A stretch of DNA of 64,000 bases, taken from Candidatus Melainabacteria bacterium. GTDB taxonomy: Bacteria; Cyanobacteriota; Vampirovibrionia; 2-02-FULL-35-15. How positions within the stretch are numbered: position 1 is the first letter of the stretch; every line of letters begins with the position of its first letter. The notes below the pieces were generated by a model, which saw only the letters and a list, made by a program, of their open reading frames with translations, had not been told where the DNA came from and ran no database searches. Positions 57,424 through 64,000 of this stretch are shown here, one piece after another. The stretch spans positions 3,405 through 67,404 of the forward strand of contig JACQBQ010000001.1 in assembly GCA_016201905.1 (NCBI GenBank). The letters are read 5' to 3'. The translations under genes were made by a program, and so were the position numbers.

Positions 57424-57574
57424 TGTCATTGCCCGGCTCCGCCTCGTCGGAGACGAGGCGAGCGAGGAGCGAAGCGACGAAGCAATCCCGATCGCAATTA
57501 AATCAAGACTTAACTAATAACCATTTTCATAATATTCTTAGTCTGGGACTGCTTTGCCTTTAGCTCGCAGTGAC
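57424..57574. repeat. Composite ~150-nt copy of the GC-rich element (TGTCATTGCCCGG...AGCTCGCAGTGACA) in the convergent region between the 102-aa ORF and pilC
   Basis: Termini match copy 1. It shares CCTCGTCGGAGACGAGG with copy 3 and GAAGCAATCCC with copy 1. The AT-rich middle suggests a two-module arrangement. Confidence 0.6.
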
Positions 57575-57579
57575 AATAA

Positions 57580-58923
57580 TTACTTAATCTGTGATATCAC
57601 AGTAAATATCGGCAAATACATTCCTATAACTATTGCACCGACAAGACCACCAAGTGTAACTATCATAAAAGGCTCCATAAGTGAAGTTAATCCTTCCACT
57701 GCTGTTGCTACTTCTATATCATAAAAGTCAGCTACTTTTTCGAGCATATTTTCAAGCTGACCGGTTTCTTCACCGATGGCTATCATCTGAGTAACCATTT
57801 GGGGAAACAATTTGCTTTCAGACATTGGTCCGCTTATTGTTCCGCCTTCCTGGACCTTTGCCTGAACAGCTTCTACTGCTCTTGCTAAAACTGCATTTCC
57901 AGCAGAATCTTTTACTACTTCAAGTGCAGTTATTATTGGAACTCCGCTTTTAGTAAGTGTTCCAAATGTTCTTGTAAATCTTGCTACAGCAACTTTCCTT
58001 AAAATATCTCCGAGCACTGGCAACTTGAGCATTGTAAAGTCAAGGGTAAACTTACCTTCTTTTGTCTGGTACCAATTTTTTAAAGCCCAAACTGTTCCTA
58101 CTATAATTCCAATCACAGCAAGCATATACCACGATCTTAAAAACTCACTGATTCTAATCAAAAGTCTTGTGTAAGCAGGCAGTTCACTTCCAAGCGAATT
58201 AAATAATCCTGAAAAAGTTGGAAGTACGAGAGTTAACATTGCATAGAAGACACCAACTGCAATAAACATAACAACTACAGGGTATGTCATTGCTGCTTTG
58301 ACTTGCTGTGTAAGGCGGCTGCGCTCTTCCATAAACATTGCTAAACGATTTAAGACTTGATCTAGAACACCGCCTGCTTCTCCAGCTTTAACCATTGAAA
58401 TATACAGGCGATCAAAAATTTTTGGATGTTTGTCAAGTGCATCAGAAAGAGTGCTTCCTTGTTCAATATCGTATCTAACTTGACTCAATGCTTTTTTTAG
58501 TCTTGGGTTTTGAGTTTGCTCAGTCATGACGTTAAGTGCTCTGAGCATTGCAACGCCGGCTTCTACCATTGAAGCAAACTGTCTTGAAAAAATAACCATA
58601 TCTTTTAAAGATATAGGCTGATACTTTGTTAAAAAATCTTCCAGGAAAGGCTTAGCTTTTTTTATTGCAGTTGCACTAGCTGGCTCTTCTATCTCAGTTC
58701 TTGGATCTGAACTTTCAGCTCTTTGTGTTGTAAAAGGCATTGCAGAACCAAAATCTCCCACATCAACTTCTTTTGATTCAGCTGCATCAATTTGTTTTAG
58801 GTCAAGTACCCAAAGTCCTTCTTGCTTTAGTGAAGCTTTTGCTTGATCCGGTGTATCAGCTAAAATGGATGATTCTTTTAGTTCTCCTTTATTGTTTCTT
58901 GCTTTGTATGTAAATGTAGGCAT
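57580..58923 (-). CDS. pilC: Type II secretion / type IV pilus inner-membrane platform protein (GspF/PilC family)
   Basis: Two T2SSF repeats with 3 TM helices and family-wide similarity. No pilB/pilT is adjacent. Confidence 0.85.
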   Translation of the reverse strand: MPTFTYKARNNKGELKESSILADTPDQAKASLKQEGLWVLDLKQIDAAESKEVDVGDFGSAMPFTTQRAESSDPRTEIEEPASATAIKKAKPFLEDFLTKYQPISLKDMVIFSRQFASMVEAGVAMLRALNVMTEQTQNPRLKKALSQVRYDIEQGSTLSDALDKHPKIFDRLYISMVKAGEAGGVLDQVLNRLAMFMEERSRLTQQVKAAMTYPVVVMFIAVGVFYAMLTLVLPTFSGLFNSLGSELPAYTRLLIRISEFLRSWYMLAVIGIIVGTVWALKNWYQTKEGKFTLDFTMLKLPVLGDILRKVAVARFTRTFGTLTKSGVPIITALEVVKDSAGNAVLARAVEAVQAKVQEGGTISGPMSESKLFPQMVTQMIAIGEETGQLENMLEKVADFYDIEVATAVEGLTSLMEPFMIVTLGGLVGAIVIGMYLPIFTVISQIK

Positions 58924-59065
58924 ATAGAAAATTGAGAATTAATAATTGAGAATTAACAATTCACAATTTTGTTCCTTAAGTTATCAATTGTCAATTTTAC
59001 TCTTGTCTTTACTGTAACCTAAGGTTACATAGAAAAGAGATGCAAGATGCTATTATTTCTTTTAA

Positions 59066-61585
59066 ATGAAATACAAATGGCTCATAAGAGAATCAAAAGA
59101 AATTACAAAGGATTTTCTTCATACTGCTTTTGATTCAAGAGTTATTGCCAAGTTACTTTTAAATAGAGGAATTGATTCACCTGAAAAAGCAAAATCTTAT
59201 TTAGAGCCAAAGTTTTATAAAGAATCCAGACCAGAAGAAATCCAGGATCTGATAAAAGCAAAAGATCGAATCATTGAAGCAATAAATAAAAAAGAAAAAA
59301 TTACTATTTTTGGAGATTATGATGTAGATGGTGTTACTTCTACAGCTTGTTTACTAATTGCCCTTAGACAATTTACCGATAACATTGACTTTTATATTCC
59401 AAATAGGCTTACTGAAGGCTATGGATTAAATAATGAAGCAGTTAAAATTATAGCTAAAAAAAATAAAAAGGCTTGCCATGGCAAGCCTTTACTGATTACC
59501 TGTGACTGTGGAATAACAAACCATAAAGAAGTCAAGCTTGCAGGTGAGCTTGGTATGGATGTAATAGTCACTGATCACCATTCTTTACCTGAAGTTTTGC
59601 CCGATGCTTATGCAGTCTTAAATCCAAAACTTTTGCCAGGTGATCATAAACTACACTTTTTGCCCGGAGTAGGCGTTGCTTATAAACTTGCTAAGGCAAT
59701 TTTAGAGGAAAGAAAAGGAGAAGTTTGCAAAGAAGATCTTCTTGATCTTGTAGCACTTGGAATGATTGCTGACCTTGCACCGCTTGTAGATGAAAACAGG
59801 TATTTAGTTCAGATTGGTCTTGAAAAATTAGCAAGAACTGAAAAGATTGGTTTAAGAGAACTGCTTAGGATGTGTGGCTTTACTCCACAGGATAAAAATA
59901 GTCCTACGACAGAACATGTTGGCTTTGGAATTGCACCAAGGATAAATGCTGTAGGCAGGCTTACAGATGCAGCTCTGGCTGTAAGGCTTTTAACTACCTG
60001 TGATTTATTTGAAGCTGTTCAAATAGCTGGTGAACTTGAAAGTCAAAACAGACAGAGACAGTCACTCTGTGAAAGCACATTAAATGAAGCTGTTACGCTT
60101 GTATCTGAGCAGGTAGATTTTAAAAATGATAAATGCATTGTGCTGGCTAAAGATAGCTGGCATCATGGAGTAATTGGGATTGTAGCTTCAAGAGTAGTTG
60201 AAAAATTTAGTTTACCTACTGTTTTAATCGCCATTGATAAAGAACAAAACATAGCGCGAGGTTCAGGGCGCAGCATTGAGAAGTTAAATATTGTAGATGC
60301 TTTAACTAAAAGCTCTAAACATCTTGAGAAATATGGCGGTCATAAAGCTGCATGCGGACTAAGTGTAAAACCTGAGTTTGTTAATGATTTTATTTTTGAT
60401 TTTAAAGACAATGTAAATAAAATGCTTGACAATCAGAATTTAGAACCTGTTTTAAAGATTGATATGGAATTACCGCTTTCAGCTTTAGTTATGGATTTAA
60501 TGAATAAAGTAAATAAATTATCGCCTTTTGGTTTAGGAAATCCTATGTCAATTTTTACAAGCGATGAAATTGAAATAATTGGCATTAAAAATATTGGTAA
60601 AAACGGCCAGCATTTGAAGCTGACCTTAAGAACTTTGGATAGTGTCATTGCGAGGAGCAAAGAGACGTTGCATGCAACGTCTCCACAGCAATCTCAACAA
60701 CATGAAGAAGTGATCGAGATTGCTTCGCCTTTGGCTCGGAATGATGTGAAGCAGTTTGAAGCTCTAATCTGGAATCATAATGTTAATTTGCGATTTAATT
60801 TAGGAGATCAAATAAAAATCGCCTACACGCCAAAGTTAAATAATTACAATGGTGAGACATTTATACAGCTGGAAGTAAAAGACTGGCAGATCTTAAATGA
60901 TAAGAGTTTAGAAAATAAGAAAATTAAAAAAGAAGAAAAAGAAATTGAAATTTATGATTTTAGAGACAAAACACAAGAATTGTTAAGTATTCTTTCCTCA
61001 AGGCTTGATTCTGTAACCTGTTTTGCTGAGATTGAGCAAAAAAATCATTTAGATCTAAAAACCTTTTCAAGAAACAAAATTAAAAAAGCTGAAAGCCTTG
61101 TTTTTTTGGAAATCCCTCCTGACGAGTTTGTCTTTTTAGATATAATAAAACGCTCATGTGCTAAAAAGATTTACTTTGCATTTACCCAGCATCAAAATAA
61201 CTTAGAACCCCAGAATTTATTAAAAAGACTCATTGGTATGCTTAAATATGCAGTAAGCAATAAAAACTCAATCATAAACGAAACGGAGCTCCAGTCAGCT
61301 TTAGGTATAAATAGAACATCACTGGCTTATGCACTGGAAATACTTGTAAAGATAGGACTCTTATCGTATGAAAAGACAAACGGTGAATTAAATATCAATC
61401 TTTTAACTCCTGCTCGACAGAATTTCCTAGAGTTAATAGAATATAACCTGCTGGTTTCAGAGTTAAAACAAATTTTAGATTTTAAGAACTGGCTTTGTGA
61501 ATCTGATATTCTGCAAATAGAAAAGATGTTGAATGAACACAATATTTTGGCAAAGTTTATTTCTTATGAATCAATAAAGGTATAG
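59066..61585 (+). CDS. recJ: Single-stranded-DNA-specific exonuclease RecJ with a ~280-aa C-terminal extension
   Basis: DHH motifs (GDYDVDGVTS, TDHHS), the DHHA1 domain, and an OB-fold region carrying an in-frame GC-rich repeat insertion. Confidence 0.85.
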   Translation: MKYKWLIRESKEITKDFLHTAFDSRVIAKLLLNRGIDSPEKAKSYLEPKFYKESRPEEIQDLIKAKDRIIEAINKKEKITIFGDYDVDGVTSTACLLIALRQFTDNIDFYIPNRLTEGYGLNNEAVKIIAKKNKKACHGKPLLITCDCGITNHKEVKLAGELGMDVIVTDHHSLPEVLPDAYAVLNPKLLPGDHKLHFLPGVGVAYKLAKAILEERKGEVCKEDLLDLVALGMIADLAPLVDENRYLVQIGLEKLARTEKIGLRELLRMCGFTPQDKNSPTTEHVGFGIAPRINAVGRLTDAALAVRLLTTCDLFEAVQIAGELESQNRQRQSLCESTLNEAVTLVSEQVDFKNDKCIVLAKDSWHHGVIGIVASRVVEKFSLPTVLIAIDKEQNIARGSGRSIEKLNIVDALTKSSKHLEKYGGHKAACGLSVKPEFVNDFIFDFKDNVNKMLDNQNLEPVLKIDMELPLSALVMDLMNKVNKLSPFGLGNPMSIFTSDEIEIIGIKNIGKNGQHLKLTLRTLDSVIARSKETLHATSPQQSQQHEEVIEIASPLARNDVKQFEALIWNHNVNLRFNLGDQIKIAYTPKLNNYNGETFIQLEVKDWQILNDKSLENKKIKKEEKEIEIYDFRDKTQELLSILSSRLDSVTCFAEIEQKNHLDLKTFSRNKIKKAESLVFLEIPPDEFVFLDIIKRSCAKKIYFAFTQHQNNLEPQNLLKRLIGMLKYAVSNKNSIINETELQSALGINRTSLAYALEILVKIGLLSYEKTNGELNINLLTPARQNFLELIEYNLLVSELKQILDFKNWLCESDILQIEKMLNEHNILAKFISYESIKV
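60644..60746. repeat. GC-rich palindromic mini-element, copy 6 (near-identical 5' half to copy 2), inserted in-frame in recJ
   Basis: GTCATTGCGAGGAGCAAAGAGACGTTGCATGCAACGTCTCCAC...GAGATTGCTTCG...CTCGGAATGATG. Confidence 0.75.
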
Positions 61586-61587
61586 GA

Positions 61588-62121
61588 ATGACAGTGAAAG
61601 AACCAGAGTTAATAAAGTCAAAAATAAGGGATGTTCCTGATTTCCCACGAGAAGGAATTATCTTTAAAGATATCACTACTGTTTTGCGTGATCATGAAGC
61701 ATTTAAACATTCAGTTGATCTTTTAGCAAAGCATTTTGAGAAACAAAAAATTGATTATATAGCTGGTATTGAAGCAAGAGGATTTATTTTTGGCAGTGCG
61801 CTTGCATATAAGCTTGGAGTTGGTTTTATACCCATACGAAAGCCAGGGAAACTCCCTTCAAAGACTGAACGAATCTCATATGATCTTGAATATGGTAAAG
61901 ATAGCCTTGAGATTCATATAGATGCAATTGAGCCAGGGAAGAGGGTTTTAATAGTAGATGATTTGCTTGCTACAGGTGGTACAGCAGAAGCTGCAATTAA
62001 ACTTGTTAAAAAAATTGGTGGTGTAATTATTGGAATAGCATTTGTAGTTGAACTTGAGTTTTTAAAAGGAAGAGAAAAATTACCTGAGGATTGCAAGATA
62101 ACAAGATTGATTAGTTTTTAA
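61588..62121 (+). CDS. apt: Adenine phosphoribosyltransferase
   Basis: PRPP-binding VLIVDDLLATGGT and the flanking Apt-specific blocks. Confidence 0.9.
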   Translation: MTVKEPELIKSKIRDVPDFPREGIIFKDITTVLRDHEAFKHSVDLLAKHFEKQKIDYIAGIEARGFIFGSALAYKLGVGFIPIRKPGKLPSKTERISYDLEYGKDSLEIHIDAIEPGKRVLIVDDLLATGGTAEAAIKLVKKIGGVIIGIAFVVELEFLKGREKLPEDCKITRLISF

Positions 62122-62290
62122 AAATATTTCATTGTTAAACTTGAAGTTCCTGCTTTTTCCTGAACATAACACATCTAACTTGAAGTAATAAAGAATCTAC
62201 AAACAAATTACAGTGCATTACGAATAAAGCGAATTTGTATTAAGCAATTTTGTTAGAATAAATCTCAAAGTCAATAAAAGGAAATTTCAC

Positions 62291-63835
62291 ATGCCAAGCC
62301 GTATAGATGGGGTCAGGCAAAAGCCTGGCTTTGTACAGTCACAGGAAACCAATCAGGATGCTGCTTCTGCAAAAGCAACATCTACTAAACCTTATATTCA
62401 AAATAATGAAAAGAGTTCAACTTTAAGTAGAATAGCTAGCTTAGCTAGTCTTCTTGCTGCAATATTTGTATTTGAAGCAGGTAGCAAATCTTCTTTAGTA
62501 TCTGACTCACCTTTTAAAGGAATAACTACAGCTGAGAAAACAGATAATATTTTAGGAGACTATTATGCCAGCGAAGACATTGGCAGTGCATTGCGTAACA
62601 TACAAGGCTTTGAAGGAAGAGAAGCATACATTAGATCTTTACTTGGAAGAATGAATCCAGAACTTCTTCTCACTTCATCTAATCCTTATTATGAAACTGC
62701 TCTAGCTGCTTTCAATGAAAGGACTGGCTTACATCTTGCATGCTGGGGTATACAAAAAGGTAGCAATGATTTTATTTTTATAAATGACTTTTTAGGCAGA
62801 AATGCTGAGCCTGTAAGAATTGCTTTAACTTACAATGAAGTATCAAATACCAGAACAAAAGCAGATGTACTTAATTTGTTAGAAGAAAAACTAGCTGGGC
62901 AAAGACGAGAATTAAGTGAACAGTATGCTGTCTGGGCAAGATATCAGGATGGATATGATATTCCAAGAGATGGCAGTACTGCATGTATGGTGGCACTAGC
63001 TCTTAGCAATTTACCTGGTATGGAAACAGATTTAGTAAGAGCAATGGAAGTTTATAGCAGAGATTATGCAATGTCTATTGAATCTATATGTATTGATCCA
63101 GCGCATAAAAATGGAGTAGATGAAGGGGTAAGAGACAGAGGTCTTCGTGATTTACCAGAATACAGATCAGCAACAAGAAGTGAAATACTAAGAGAGTTTG
63201 AACGTGTACTTAAAAAAGCTATTGATGAAGGAAAATCAACAGTCATGTTCCATTACATGACACACGGCGGACAAAACAATCAAATATATGCATCTGACAC
63301 AACAATTGATCCAAGAGAAATAGCAGAATTAATCGCACAGAATTATAATGGAAAACCATTGTGTGCCCAGATAGATATTGTGATTTGGGCAGGCTCTTGT
63401 TATTCCAGAATGCAATTGGACAGAATAAAAGAATATTTTGACCAGCATGAAAACATAGCAGTTAGAAATCTAAGAATAATAAGTGAATCAAAATATACAA
63501 CAGCTGGTGCAAGTACTAGACCAGATAATGCTTCTCTTGTAAGTGACTTAATGACTGATAATTCAGGGCCATTGGATTACTACCGTTCCTGGTACCATGA
63601 ATATTTGCAATATCTTCAAAGTAAAAATATAAGACCAATAAATCCGTTAGGCACTTACCTACATGAAGTTAGATTTGCTGACTTAATGTCACGATTTGAT
63701 ACTTATAATAACCAAGATGCACAAGGCTTTCACTATTACAATGATCCAGAAACACATATGCGAAGTGGACGATTTTTTACCAATTTAAGACCAGTAATAG
63801 TCCAAAACGCAAACAATAAACCAGGATTGGTATAA
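62291..63835 (+). CDS. Hypothetical 514-aa protein with a putative caspase-like (clan CD) His/Cys dyad region
   Basis: STVMFHYMTHGG (beta-strand-His-Gly) then, about 47 aa later, IDIVIWAGSCYS (beta-strand-Ala-Gly-Ser-Cys). N-terminal hydrophobic segment LASLLAAIFVF. Confidence 0.55.
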   Translation: MPSRIDGVRQKPGFVQSQETNQDAASAKATSTKPYIQNNEKSSTLSRIASLASLLAAIFVFEAGSKSSLVSDSPFKGITTAEKTDNILGDYYASEDIGSALRNIQGFEGREAYIRSLLGRMNPELLLTSSNPYYETALAAFNERTGLHLACWGIQKGSNDFIFINDFLGRNAEPVRIALTYNEVSNTRTKADVLNLLEEKLAGQRRELSEQYAVWARYQDGYDIPRDGSTACMVALALSNLPGMETDLVRAMEVYSRDYAMSIESICIDPAHKNGVDEGVRDRGLRDLPEYRSATRSEILREFERVLKKAIDEGKSTVMFHYMTHGGQNNQIYASDTTIDPREIAELIAQNYNGKPLCAQIDIVIWAGSCYSRMQLDRIKEYFDQHENIAVRNLRIISESKYTTAGASTRPDNASLVSDLMTDNSGPLDYYRSWYHEYLQYLQSKNIRPINPLGTYLHEVRFADLMSRFDTYNNQDAQGFHYYNDPETHMRSGRFFTNLRPVIVQNANNKPGLV

Positions 63836-64000
63836 AAGTACTATCTGGTTTTTAACTAATATATAACCTTCTTTGAATTTCCTTTTCAATATAGCTAAAA
63901 ACAAGTAGAAGTTTAGAATATTTTATTGGCTTAAAGTATTAAAAAAAATTAATCTAAACAAATATGAAAATCAATTTTATTGATTCTTTATATCAAGTGG

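Noticed and set aside
57088-57429. 113-aa minus-strand ORF
   Set aside because: It overlaps the plus-strand 102-aa ORF almost entirely. The minus version is hydrophobic and low-complexity junk, while the plus version has an SD and protein-like composition.
59011-59030. LexA/SOS box upstream of recJ
   Set aside because: CTGTAACCTAAGGTTACAT is a palindrome but does not fit CTGT-N8-ACAG or GAAC-N4-GTTC consensus; kept only as a generic candidate operator.
1-64000. Expected CRISPR arrays, rRNA/tRNA genes, integrases, transposases or prophage blocks
   Set aside because: Scanned intergenic regions longer than 100 nt (e.g. 5635-6033, 10593-10878, 17756-17901, 28035-28243, 56661-57109). There are no tRNA-like T-arm/acceptor signatures and no regular direct-repeat arrays. 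The only repeats are the GC-rich palindromic elements and short tandem repeats noted above.

Overview
By eye the window is AT-rich (roughly 30% GC) and gene-dense, with genes on both strands. It looks bacterial and probably comes from a host-associated lineage with a reduced genome. Housekeeping genes (leuS, rph, murG, ppdK plus its regulator, recJ, apt, grpE, secF, kdsB, aroQ, tatD, yebC, deoA, cysC, ctpA, an M16 peptidase, an S1-domain protein, pilC/gspF) are interleaved with many eukaryote-like or effector-like repeat proteins (FG-GAP, ankyrin, HEAT-like, TPR, patatin) and large proteins of unknown function. kdsB and murG imply a Kdo-containing, Gram-negative-type envelope. The profile resembles TM6/Dependentiae-like or other intracellular bacteria, but this cannot be confirmed from sequence alone. 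I found no rRNA, tRNA, CRISPR array, integrase or transposase. Four things stand out. (1) A dispersed family of GC-rich palindromic mini-elements, analogous to Rickettsia palindromic elements, sits in intergenic regions and is also inserted in-frame into three protein-coding genes (an HdrDE-like oxidoreductase, recJ, and the 5' end of a patatin gene). (2) A same-strand gene string of TPR lipoprotein, 126-aa protein, HdrDE-like heme/Fe-S membrane oxidoreductase, 98-aa protein and an HTTM-domain (vitamin-K-carboxylase-like) gene looks like an undescribed quinone-linked module; the HTTM gene is broken by two homopolymer-associated frameshifts. (3) A conserved hairpin motif with an invariant loop lies directly upstream of three unrelated start codons (a Na+/Ca2+ exchanger, a 68-aa protein and a 139-aa membrane protein). 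(4) Several large orphan proteins are candidate secreted effectors: a 1443-aa protein with a glycine-zipper tail, a 514-aa protein with a caspase-like His/Cys signature, and a metzincin protease with a PPC domain.
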